From the NCBI GenBank assembly GCA_012295275.1, contig CM022672.1:6262001-6326000 (forward strand): a stretch of 64,000 nucleotides of DNA, read 5' to 3'. This document shows positions 47,388 to 61,000 of the stretch, piece by piece. Each line of letters opens with the position of its first letter. Positions within the stretch are counted from its first letter, which is position 1. The notes under the pieces are model-generated. The model was not told the DNA's origin and ran no database searches. It saw nothing but the letters and a program-made list of their open reading frames with translations. Source of the DNA: Chrysomallon squamiferum (Eukaryota; Animalia; Mollusca). The position numbers were made by a program, and so were the translations under genes.

Positions 47388-49259
47388 TGTTAGCCCCTTT
47401 TATACGTCTTTAGTTTAAATATTTAAATCCCTTTGACATCAGAGATGGCATCGTGATTATACTGTCACGCTTGTATTGTCTTATGTGTACTTACGTTTAT
47501 CGCATTCCTTTCTAAACAATGGAAACGCACATAATAATTTGCTGGGGTTATTCCAAGCATATTCCGCGATCAGTATCATGTGACGAGTTACGTGCGTACA
47601 CATTCATGCAGTTACTATCCGAAACACAACTCATCTAACAACAAACGTATGGCATGTTCTCCTTACTGGATCAAGCGTCTATCCGTACCGTTACACAACA
47701 CAACTTTAAACTGGCGTAGAAACTTGAAGCGAGCTAATCTGCGACAAAGTAACTACTTTGGCTGACTGGTTTAAACATTACATCACAGCTAGGAATAATA
47801 TGTTTAGATAACATAAAACCCCAACATCTTACTACGAAAGAAGACACTATGTCCGCATTACTCGTAAGTGCAGACGGCTGAGTGTAATGTATTACAAGCG
47901 TCGTTATTTCACACACCAACCATCACACACTCATTAGCAGCAGACGCGATTTTTTTTTTTTTTTTTTTCTCGTGTTTGTTGCAGGTTCTTATTTTTATCA
48001 CTATCACAAACATTCCGCGGCATATTTTCAACAATAGCAATAAATCATAAAGTTACTCCACATTATATTCAACAGTTAGCAAATAAAGGGAGAGAATAAG
48101 AAATAGTCGGCGTTTTTTTTTAAACAATTTTGTACGTACACCTTTCTGCATTTTTCAGGCTTGTCAAACTAAGTTCGCGATAATAATTTATGAGTGCATA
48201 TCGAATATCAGCTACGTTAACAAATTTACCTTTTTGGCTACGATGCATCGGTGTATGTCTACTTTGCGTAAACCTACGGACTGTGTGAAAGCTACCTGCG
48301 TACAGGAAAACATGGACGAGTGTCCTAATTGTGTGGGTCACTTGAATCCAAAGTGACAAAGGTATGACACGTCTGTAAATTTAAACTGTATGATCGCTAT
48401 CACACTCGAAAGACTGCTCAGGTTACTTTGTTATTGTTCACACTGCGTGACCGCTGGAGATGTCCGTAATAATTGTAACCCACACTGCTTTAAGGTAGCT
48501 GTCCTTTTTGTTGCTGATAAAGCCTGTTTAGCCATCCGCGTTCATACACAATAACCAACCTGACAAGAGGGGAATTTTACAAGCTGTTATCTGTTCAAAC
48601 AGTTTGCTTTGAATATGTAACCGTTATTTCAGGATGTTGGAGACATGAATATAATGCCGGATCACTGATATTATGAGTTAAAAAAAAAAAAAAAAAATAA
48701 AAGTTCTCACGCCATGCCTGGTAACTCCAAAATAGAAACAACTTTGTAACGTTTATTATCTAGCTGTAAAATCTCACAGCGCTATTATTAGTAGGGTATT
48801 TTATTAGGGAAGCGTTTGTGTGCTGTTCTTAGACAAATGTGCAGATCTGTAAAATATCAGTACAAATCTGGTGAAAGTTATTTTATTAGCCCATATTTTT
48901 AATTTTTTTTTTTTTTTTTTTAACTTTGTTTCTTAATTTTTAATTTAATTTTTATTATTATTATTTTATGGTTTCATGGTTTCTATTAATAAGTCATAAA
49001 ACTAATTGTATTTAGATTTTATAACAGGATAGTAACCACTCTTGCCACTAAAAATTATATCTTTGATGACAGGGATTTTAAAAACATTATAATCTACTTT
49101 TCTTTCTTTCTTTCTTTCTTTCTTTATTTTTTCTTTAAAGACATATACCTAGAGACACATAGGCACATACATAACAATTACAAACCCCCCACCCCCATGC
49201 ACATACCTATATTTGCGTTATCAGTGAAAGACTGTACGATCTTTTTTATGTACGTGCAT

Positions 49260-49940
49260 ATGTCTGTGTTTGCATAAACACACACACAAACACACACACA
49301 CGTGTGTTTATGCACAGCAGATTCTGCGAATGTTTGTGTATATTCTTAGATGTACGTATGTGTATGTATTGTTGTATGTTTCTGCATATATTTACCTGCT
49401 TATTTAAAACATTTTTTTGTTGTTGTATTGGCTGTATACATGTGTGTGTGTGTTTCTGTTTGTATGTACTTATATGTATGTTTGTTGCTGCGGCTGTATG
49501 TAAGTGTGGATATTTATATGAAGGTGTGTATCTGTATGTTTATGATTTCTTTTAGTACGTTTTCGTCTGTATGTGTATATCACTATGTATGTTTCTGTGT
49601 ACATGTTTGTGCTTCATGTGTTTGATTGTGTGTACGCGTGTTTTTTTTTTTTTTTTTTTGTCTATAAGTTTGTGTACATGAATCAGTGTTTCTATGCACA
49701 CGTGACTGTTTTAGTGTGTTGTGCATGTATGCACGTGTATGTACAGGTGTGTGTACATCCACGGTGTTCTCTGACTCCGCGTTTTTATCATCTATGTATG
49801 CTTGTGTGCATGTATTGTGTCATCTGTTTTGCGATTGTGTATGTGCATGTTATTTAGGTAAAAGGTGTGCGTGTGTGTATATGTATAGTTGTACACATAC
49901 ACACACACACCTGTAGACAAACAAACCTACATACACACAC
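49260..49940. repeat. Degenerate (TG)n/(TATG)n low-complexity block
   Basis: Direct reading; source of V/C/M/Y-rich pseudo-ORFs. Confidence 0.85.
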
Positions 49941-50471
49941 GTTTATATAAATTTTGGATTTAATCAAGGAATATTCTTTATTATTGCCATTTTAATATAT
50001 TATTATTATTATTTAAAATAAATATATATTTAACAATTCCCAAATGTATTTTTCAGATAAATAAAATCTTACAGGATGTAATGTAAAAATCTTTCATATT
50101 GTTTTATTATGGATGTAGCTGGTATAAATATCAATATTATTCCAGTATATTTTTCACATCAGCCGAACACCTTCAGGCTTCAACAGCCTAAATGTTTATG
50201 TATAAACTGATTCACATGCTTTTTTTCGTTATCTTTCACATGCTGTTTATTTATTTTGTTAGAACAGCAAGTTATTTAGTTCTCTGTAGAAACTGATAAC
50301 CATTATAGAAACAGATGTAATTTTTTTTCTTATTTTACACATAAATTAAATAAAAATTATTATTCTATAAAGAGACAGTACAGAGGTATATACACACATT
50401 CATATACATATTAAAGAAAAAAATTAATAATTATAAGCAAAGAAATAACAAAGCTTGAATGTTAATACAAT

Positions 50472-50477
50472 TTTATT
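50472..50477 (-). terminator. Candidate polyadenylation signal of alpha-spectrin
   Basis: AATAAA about 610 nt after the stop, followed by a T/GT-rich tract; weak evidence in an AT-rich background. Confidence 0.35.
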
Positions 50478-51087
50478 GATGGGCTACATTGTGAAGGATA
50501 CAGTAAAATGAAGCTGGAATCCTAATATTGTCAAGAAATCCTTGTGAAGCAGTAAGAATATGTCAAAACACTGATGACAACATTTAGTTAATATTGCTGT
50601 ACTGAGTAAATATCAATTTTATTTCTATTTTGACACGAATCATTTATGTCTATTTTTTCATAAATGTCAAAATTTTAAAGTGCTGCATTAATTTATCAAC
50701 AAAAAGTAGACTTCCACAATAAGCATACGCTATAGGTTTCACAAAAAAGATTAAACTGGAAATATTGTTTCTGAATAGTAACTCTACAACTGTCTAAAAT
50801 TAACACAAGTCATTTGAAGAAACAGATTTAACTTTAAGCATCAGATCAACAAAAAAAACAGCCGAAGAAGCCTAAATAATTTAAACAGTAAAAGAAATGG
50901 CAAAGTTTTAAAGTCACAACCGTCACTAGCGAAATTCCACCTCCAGCCAAGTTATCGATGCACCAAAAAAAAAAAAAATTCTTTCCTTTTAATTGTCCAG
51001 CCCAAAGCACTAACTGAATAATTACTAAACTACACGTGAATAATCAGTTACAAAAAAAGAATAAATGAAAATCTCGACAGTGAATAT

Positions 51088-52059
51088 TTAGTTAATAAAG
51101 AGTTGACGGGTGAAGTCTGCAAAGTCGTATGCATCTGGTATAGTTCTGCCTGTCTTGTCTACATAAGGCTTCATGTGACTGATGCAGTAATCAGCTTGTT
51201 CTTTTGTAAGGTTCTGAAAGAAAAACATAAAATTCTGACCTGAGAATCTGACAGAGAATAAAAAAGTGGGCAGCACAAACTACTGTAAAAACAACAACAA
51301 CAACTTAACATGATATTACTAACATGCAAATTTATACATAATATGACAAATTAAGTGTGACTACAGAATTATATTAATTTATATTAACTACAAGACCAAT
51401 ACATGAATTAACACACTTTAATATATTACATGTAAATAAGATTTCCATCATAATTTACTACTTGAGGTAGTTTCACCACACAATTCTGGTCTTATTTCAT
51501 GAAGAAAAAAAATTAAACAATTTTTAAAACTCATCAAACTTATAACACTTTCTCAAAACTGTTTTAAAAAAGAGAACTTACTGAGTACAATTCCTGTGCA
51601 GTTATGTATGGTTTTTCACCTGATGTCAGAGCTCGGAAAGCCTGTTCAACCTCCGAGCTCGACTGGACGTTTTCTGTCTCTCGACTAATCATAAAGGCCA
51701 TATACTCTTGCAGGGAAACATAGCCATCACTGTAAAACATAATTTAGTTGAAAGATTTGTTTTTTTTTTTTTTTTGTTTTACAAACAGTAATTTCAAACA
51801 GCAATCAAATTAAGAAACAATAATAAAATAAAAGCTTAGTAAATGAATATTATTTGAAAAAAACCAGTGTATTAACCTGATATCACTCATGAAAGTTTAG
51901 TTATTTCAGACAACGGAATTAATTCTTACAGATACAAAGTCTGGAAAGGAATATTTATCCTTGATGTTATTTTTAATAAGATTTTAGCAGGTTACCTTTA
52001 TTAGAATTTAACACAAAAAAACAAAAATTCTAAAAAAATAAAAATAAATAAATAAAAAA

Positions 52060-52094
<35 letters not shown>

Positions 52095-55000
52095 AATAAA
52101 ATAAAATAAATAATAATAATAATAAAAAAGTTTGCTTAAGAAACTTGTCACCTACCGATTAGGATCAACTACATCAAGTATGGTCTGGAATTCAGGATCA
52201 ACCTGACCTTCTTCTACCATTGGCAGGTCATACCCGAGAGCACGCAGACAAGACTTGAACTCTTGGTGATCCAGTTTACCACTCTTATCCTTATCAAAAT
52301 GTCTGTAAGAATAATAATAAAAAAATTATACCAAATGTATTATTACAACAAACATCATCATTTTTGAAAAATTAAGATTTCACTTTATCTTTTTTTTTTT
52401 TTTTTTAAATGTGTGAAAATAACAAAATACTACAAAAAATAATATTTAGTAAGTATAACAAAAGGTATGTATAAACAATTTTAAAAACTGTAACAAAAGT
52501 GAAACACTCACTTGAACATCATGCTGAACTCACGAAGAGCATCTTCAGACACACCACTGCGGTTTCGTGCCTCTATCTGCTGTTCCAGGTTGTGCTGCAT
52601 TCTCATGCACAACTGATCCAGCTGGTCCCACTGCTGAGCAAGTCCAACCGTACTGTGTTCAGTGTATCTGAAATCAAAATACTAAATTAAAAAATATATA
52701 TATATATATTTTTTGTTAGGACAAATGGTTACTTTTTAAAATATTATAGTATCCTATTTCATGAACCTCTCCAACCCAAATATATATATATATAAAAGTT
52801 ATATGAAAAGAATAGTTAATTTTTCCAAGATTATCTTTCTATCATTTTGTAGTGTTTGTTTTTAAATATATGTAATCCAAATTTGGAAACACTAGAACAA
52901 ATAGTTTTCATGCAGTATTTTCCCAAATTTTTTATTAAGTACAAAAAACAAATGAAGTTTTATAAACCATACATCCACTTATTATGGCTACAGGGAAATG
53001 TTATGCATCATTATTATGTAATCTGTGAATATGCACTTCCTTTTGCAAAAAACTTGGAACATTTATCTGGAGTAAGTAAATTGTTTATGTACATTTTCTA
53101 AACAGCCATGTCAAAAATTAAATAAACTATTTTGTTTATTCAAATTTTGTAATTTTTTGTGCAAATTTTTGTACTGAAAAGAAAGCATTAAGTTTAAATA
53201 TATTTTTTTTAAATTTCTTAATTAGTGAATCTATAACACTGAATTGTGAATTATGGTTTTATTGTTTATTATGAAAACTGACATAATGCTCAGTTCTTTA
53301 CTCATTTAAATGTATTTATAATTTTACATCAGTGACCAGTAAAAGCTTGATGTGTTTTCTGTGTGTTTGATGCTCAAGAGTCAATGTCTGCTGTGTGCAG
53401 GGATGCTGTCAAATATTTATTTTTAGTACAAATTAAAGCACCAAAAATTAATTTTTTTATAAGATTTTGTTTTTAATATATAAATTACATAATTGTTTAA
53501 CACACCTGTTATCAAGTATGAGCCGTTCCTCCATTGCAGCACCCAATTCTTCAATCTTCTTCAGATGACTCTTCTGTGATCTCACTTCAGCTGACTTGCG
53601 CTGTCAACAACAAAATACATTCTCAGTCTTTATTTTCAAACATTTAGCTATAAATTATGGTCAAACTGGTATTACCTGAATGTAAAATGAGTATTATTAC
53701 TTCTTTTTTAAATCAAATTTAATCCTCTGTTTTTGTTTAGAAATTGGATATGGTATGACATAAAACAAAATACATATCATATCCAATTTCAACCCAAAAA
53801 TCCAAATGAATTAAATATAAATAAATAAATAAATAAAACTAAATTAAAACTAAAACTAAAATAAAATGAAATTCACATAACATAAACTGAACTAAACGAA
53901 ACAACAGAATTTTAAATGCATGAAATGTATCAATATTCTTTTAACACTAACCTTTGTAGCTTCTAACTGCTCCTCAAGTGTTCCTGAACCTTCCATCATT
54001 GCAGTCCTATGTATTTAAGTACAATAATATTATAAAAATATAAAAACAAACAGTAGTTACTTGATTTCAGATAGCTTAATTGCTTGATATACTTTTAACT
54101 AAACAAATTATGTTGTCAACGTTTTAAGGTCAGTTAATCAATTAAATTTAAAAAAATGTTAAATATTAAAAAAACAAATAAAATAATAATAAAATTATTA
54201 AATATTTCTTTTTAATAATATTTTAAAAGTAGTTTCATTTGTCTTATTAACTTCTAAATTTATAAAAAAGAAAAATTCTAAAAAAAACCAAAATCAATAA
54301 AATCAATGGAAAGTAATAAAGTTTCTTTTCTTTTGTAATGTGCGGAAAAGTTCCAGTCGAAAACATGCAAAACTGCAGCACTCTCACACCCAAAAACAGG
54401 AACATACAGAAATACATTCACATGTCAGTAAAAATTATTTATTTACCAATAAAAATATTTTTTTTATTTTTGGGTTAACTTATGACAACATTAAAACCAT
54501 AGTAACCATTTCATCTTTCCAGATTACTGAACAATGAACCATTTAAATTAACAAAAACTTAATATAATGGAATTTAAAAAAATAATAATAAAAAATGTAT
54601 AAATTAAAAATAATAATAATAATAACAATAATAACAACAATAATAAATAATAATAATAAAATCCTGAAAAATTAATACAAATAAAAAAAAAAAACAGTAA
54701 AAGTAAAAACTGTTGTCTGTAACAGAAATCTTGGAAAGACAAAATGTAAAAATTTAAAAGCTTTCACAAATCCTATTGTTATTTGAAAGCCAAAACTCCA
54801 TTCAGTTATCAGCAGGTGTTGAACCTACAGCAAAAATTGAACACTGCCAACACAATAAATTCAGTACATGGGATTATTTGCTGCAAGCTAAATCAGTTTT
54901 AAAAATAACACAACAACCAAAAACTCCCCATCAAAGTATTCTTCAGTATTATTAATTTCTGTTAAAAACAATAGCAAAAAGGTATCCCATTTGTAACATT

Positions 55001-58000
55001 TTAGGAGGTAACAGAAATAAAAGGGATTATATATATATATATAATTATGTGTGTGTATGTATATAATTTTTTTTTTATTACATATATGTGGTGTGTGGGT
55101 GTGTGTATTTTAAATAGCATATGATCACATACATTTTGATATAAAATCTAAAAGTCAGTGTTACTACTATTAAAAGTTTTGGATTTTTAATATCAGATTA
55201 TAAAGCTTAAAATATATTTAAAAAGATCAAAAACAAACATCAACACACAGGGTTAGTGAAATCCCACACATTAGTCACTGTGGATAAGGGAGCACACACA
55301 TTTTGAAAAAATGTAAGTAATCCTATTATTCAGTTCTGTTCATAATCTTCAGTCTATATACAATCGGAAACAATCTACTACTGTGAAACACAACATGCTA
55401 AGAATCGATGATAATAACCCATCGAGAAGCCAAAGCCTATGTGTTCACGTTGAAGAAATGGAAAGAAAAAATAACAAAAAATAAAACTTAAATAATACTA
55501 AAAATGTTTAAGTAAATTATCATAATCTGTTGTTTTACACTAAAATACCTGAACTATTAAAAATGCTAATAGTTTTAGCTTCTAGTAATGAATTAAAATA
55601 AATTTATAGAAACTGAAACTTTTACATAGAGTAAATAAAATTAACAAAAATGTAACTGATGCAGAACTGGTTGTGTTATAAATGGGTGGATGGTGTGTAA
55701 AAAAAAAAGAAAAAACAAAAACAGTGGTGATTAGTGCAAAAAAAGAAAAAAAGAAATGAAATTTGAAGGATATGAAGAGCAATATTACATCAGAGTCAAA
55801 TAATTAGACTTGCAATGACTTTAATACTACCCTTAATTTTCAGTATTAAAGTATTAACATAACAGACAACTCGTAAAGCATGGGCAAGTAATCATAATCA
55901 TTATTAATAATAAAAGATATGTCTTTTAAATGTGATCTGTGATGATTTATGATTGTTTCAATGCTATTAAATTATTTTTTTTAATAAAGAAAAGAAATAA
56001 AAATATAAAACATTATTAATGAATTATTATAAAAAAAACTTGTAGTTTCATATAAATGTTGACAATAATTAATTTTGTCTGTGTCGAGTTTTACTCAAAC
56101 CCCTAATTGATGAAAAATTGTCTTAAGAAACCAAATTAACATAAATTAAAAGAAAAGTCAAAATGAACACATATGAGCTGATACAAACCTGGTTTCAGTA
56201 AGCCAGGTGTGGAAAGCATTGGCAGCTTTTGCAAACTGTTTTCTCAGCTGGTCGTTCTCCTCCTGTCTCTGCTCCTCTCTGGCCAAGTCAGAGTCACGCT
56301 CCTACAGAAAATTTATAAAAATATATATACACAACATATAAAAATGCTAGGGAGCGATGATTTTGCAAAGGTATTAATGATATAGTCTACATAGTATGAT
56401 AATAAATATGCTATAGTCACTGAAATAATAAATTCACAAATCACAGTTATCTGCATCTTAAAACCTATCATTGTGACTAAATGATATTATCAAACTAATT
56501 ATCATGTTTAAGAAAAAATAATTTAAAAAATTAAAACAAATGGTAATGTAATCATCAAATAATTTCAATAAATGCAATGTATACAAACTAAGTATGAAAC
56601 ATTTTCTATGTTATTTGTTTCTTTTTGTACTGTTTCAGTTATCGTTACCGCTAGTATCTTCTGCAGATTCTTCCAGGTTTCTTCCAGTGCCTCCATGGTG
56701 AACCAGGTGTATGGATTAGCTCCAACGTTGAAACTTTTGATCTGTTTGTCCAGTGCAGCGAGGGCATTGAAATCTCCTTGAGCTGCACTCAGCGATTCCT
56801 TGAACTGTTCGTGTGCATCTCTCAAAGCCTGTTAAAAATAGGTTGTTTGTTGTTAGTATCAGTTAATAATGTACAGAACATTTTTTTTATTTTTAATGGC
56901 GGCTTTGTCAAGCCATATCAATAAGTTTTATAGGTATTGTTGTGTAAAGATGTATGTAGATAGATGTTTTCTTAATTTTACACACTCAATGAAAAAGAAA
57001 ATCTTATTGTTGTATCACAGTTTATTCCTTCTATAAACAATCACAGTCTTACTTTATTTATATTGAAAATATTTATAAAATGAACGAACAAAGAAAATTA
57101 TTAAAATATAATATCAGTAGGATTACCTTTATCTCCTCAACAGAATTGCAGCGTACAGGATCAGTCAGGTCTTCCTCTGCGTTCTCAAACCAGCTGTTGA
57201 AGGCCGATGCCTTCTTGGCGAAAGTGAGATACAAGTCCTCGATCTGGCGATACTGGTCCTGCAGATGAAGCAGACGCTGCTTGCGAGCCTCAGAATCAGC
57301 CAACAGTTTGCGCCATCTGCAGAAAAAATATCATTTCTTTTACAGTTAAATTCAGAATTACATACAACTAAAAATGTTTCTAAAATTATTCTTCTTTGAA
57401 TTCACAAAGTATACCTTGTATTTGGATATTAACATTTACTGCGACCATTACAAACACCAGCACTGGTATAAAGTTTTACAGTTTAATATACCATAAGCTC
57501 TCAATCAACCAATACATAGCAGATGCATTTGTGTTTCTGTTGCCTTGATCAAAATTTAAATCTGTACAAGTCATGAAAAAAATGCATGCATCAAACAAAT
57601 GGATGAAATTTCTAATTTTTGCAGCTACTTCAATTAATTATTTAGAAATCTGCCTTACCTGGCAATAACATCATTGTATCTTTTCTCAATGGCTGGAGTC
57701 TGGGCATGTTTAGATGCAATCAGCTGATCTTTGAGTGCTGTGATTGTTTGTATCCCTTCTTTGTCAAAGGCCTGCAGGCCTGCATCGAAAGTTTCCTGTT
57801 TGGTAAGAAGGGTTTGAACAGAGGACAGGTCACGCCCGTAATCATCTGAGTGCACCTGAGTCTCCTTGTCAGCTGTGAAGTATCAGAAATAAAATGACTG
57901 CTAGTGACAGAAAGAAATACGTTACTGTTTTCTACTCAGTATCAACTTTATTAAGATTATATTATTTTAAGATTTTAGATGAATTAAATTTAGAGAAAAT

Positions 58001-61000
58001 TATTTTTAAACATTCTTGTCAGTCTGTTAAACTTTTAGAATTAGTTTTAAATTTTCTGTATGAAATTTTTTGTCATGATCATCTACTTTTTCTCAGTATG
58101 AAACTGATTAATATTGTTATAGAAAATACAGAGACAATTTTTTTTTTCCCAGTTATGGTATATTTTTTGAAAAATTAAAATGTTTCGTACCAATCCAGCT
58201 TTCTACAACATCAGTTTTCCAGATGAACTGAAGGAAAGCAGAGTTGTCAATCAGGTTGTTTTTACGTCGGACAGCAGAAGAATCAAGTGCGGCCATTTTC
58301 TCCTGTAAGCCATGAATTCGCTGCATGATGTTGTCTGCATTGTGATTTCCCTGAGAAAAAGAGAAAAAAAAATGGATCATAAATAAGTAATATCTGAAAA
58401 ATGAACACTTGAAATGCTTCTGTCAGTATAAAAATCTCATTGAGTGAAATATCTAAAATGTTTTTAAGAGACGAACAAAAAACTGTTACACAATTTTATT
58501 GTTTCCAAAAAAAAAACTGACACTTCTGTTCTTATCACTGACACAATTTTGTTACAACAACTTTCAATAATAAATTAAAAGTAATTTGAAATATTTTGAA
58601 ATTATCTTACCTCCTCAATCAACTTTTCTCCTTCTTTCTTGATTTCCTCACAACGATCATGATGGACCTCCAAGTCAGTCTCAAACGCTTCATGTTTCTT
58701 CAGCAGACCCTGATAGTAAGAAATAAATATTTTTATTTAAAAACTCTTTTGTGTGTTCAAAACTCTTATAAAACACCAATTTTTAACAAAGAATATTTGT
58801 TTACAAATTCATTGTGATCGTGTTGCAGAACAATTATTCACGAAAAATAATGCATTAGAAAACAATAAAAAAAAAAATAATGATAATAATAATAATAATA
58901 CAAATCATAAAAATATAATAATAATAAAAATGATAAATATATATTTAAAAAAAAAAATAATAATAATAATAATAATGAATATCATAAAAATATAATAACA
59001 AAAAAATAAATAAAAGACCTTTAAAAAAATAAAAAATAACAACCAAATATCAAAATGAAATTACTGAAACCAAATAAGGAAAAGAACAAAATAAAATTTT
59101 GTAATATTGTGGGGTTGAAGGATTTCTTTAACCGACAAACCTGCACAGCAGCCATAGTGTCTCCCAGGTCCTCTCCAGATAACAGATGTTGTTTCTCCAT
59201 GATCCAGGCTTCCTCTTCCTCCACATTGGCACTGAACTGCTGGTAGGCATACGACTGTTCCAGTTTCGATCCTCTGTTGGCAGTCATCTGTTTGAGCTCC
59301 TCCCAGCTCTGGGCCAGCTGTTCCAGTCGTGTTTTGATGTTGGTTGCTCCAATGTCAGACTCCTTCATCAGCTTTTCTCCCGTCTCCTGAACATTCTGTT
59401 TTAAACACACGATTTACCCCTCATTTTAATACTTGGATACATTTAACACTGCTTCGTTAAGTGATGAAGAGATGACTAAATAATGCATAAAGACTATCAA
59501 CGAAATCTGAAAGTTTTAAAAATGTGATAATATTTCACTGAAAATAATATTAGTATTTAATTAATGCTTGATTTGTTTTATATTGTTTGCTCTTAGCCAA
59601 AAGTAAGGCAAGGCCATCTGATTGCAGAAATTTAAACTTTATGGTAGAAGTAAAAAAATAAGCAGTCATTGTACCAGACTGGTGAAAATGTTATTCATTA
59701 CTTCAGGGATTCCATTATGACTTAAATGTATTGTGAAAGCTGAAGGTGTCATTAAAGGTACTGAAGAGTGTATGTTGATTGTGCTTCTTCTAATTACCTG
59801 AATGGTTGGTTCGTGACTTGCCAGTTCTGCTTCCAGTCGCTTGTGTTTCTTTCTGAGATTCTGAACTCCAGTCAAGTCCTTACCGTAGTCATCAGATCCA
59901 ACAAGCAGTTTCTTTTCTCTGTAAAAAGAATTTTTTAGAAATTTCAACAAAATAAGTAAATGATTAAAACTCTATTTAACTAAGATAAAGCAAATACAGC
60001 CAGAAATTAAGAAGAAAAAAAAGAGCTATGTTTTAAAAAAATTAAATACTTCCAGAAAACTGGAAATTTTAAACCCATGAAAAATTTGGAAGCCATTACA
60101 TGACATATAAAATTAAGTAAATAATGAAATGATTTACGAACTGTTATTATTTCTATAGTATTTCAAACACTTACTTGATCCATGCTTCCTCATCATCAAT
60201 GTCACGAAGGAACTGATGCATGGTATTGGCCTCGTTCAAGAGATTCCTACGGTGAATAGCACATTCCTTGATCCTGAAAATTAAAAATCCAACAACAAAT
60301 TGAATACTACAAATATTAACCCTTCAAAAACATCAATCAGTATCCTTCATAATCCCTTTCACAAATCACTCCACTAATATGAAAACACAACTGAAGTTTA
60401 TTTAAATAAAATCAAGCAAATTATTAGATTATACACTATACCTTTCATATCTTTCATTAATTGTTTTCTTGTGGTCTTGTATTCTGTCAGCATCCAACAC
60501 TCCAGCCTCTACAAACTGGTCAGCCTGGTTGTTCAAATCCTTGATACGATCCTGAAAATAACAATAGTAATAGTAATTAAAATACAAAAATAAAAATTAA
60601 ACACCTCTACAAAAACACAAGCCTTTTTTTTTAAAAGCTTTGACGATGATCCTGAAAACTGGAGTAAAAAAAACAAAATAAATAAATAAATATAAAAACT
60701 ACAAGACCTCTTATCTTTTTCAAATTTATGTTACAATACACACTGACAAAATACAACATTTTGTGTAATTTTATTCAGAAGTATGTATGCACAATAACTT
60801 ACAACAAAATTATTAAAGAAAAACAAAGAAAATAGTAGAGTTAGTTCTACATGCCTCGTGAGCTCCAATGTCAGCCTCTAGCAGCTGGTGTTTTTTCAAC
60901 AGATTCTGCACAGAAGCTAAATCCTTCCCGTGATCTTCTGAAGCAAGCATTTGTTCCACCTAGTAAAACAAACATAAATACCTTCATTAAGAACAGGCTT

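Noticed and set aside
49304-49916. Overlapping Cys/Val-rich ORFs
   Set aside because: Degenerate (TG)n low-complexity DNA with no splice or homology support.
59055-59404. Plus-strand ORFs overlapping spectrin exons (also 26698-26922 over ACADM)
   Set aside because: Antisense shadows of real coding exons.
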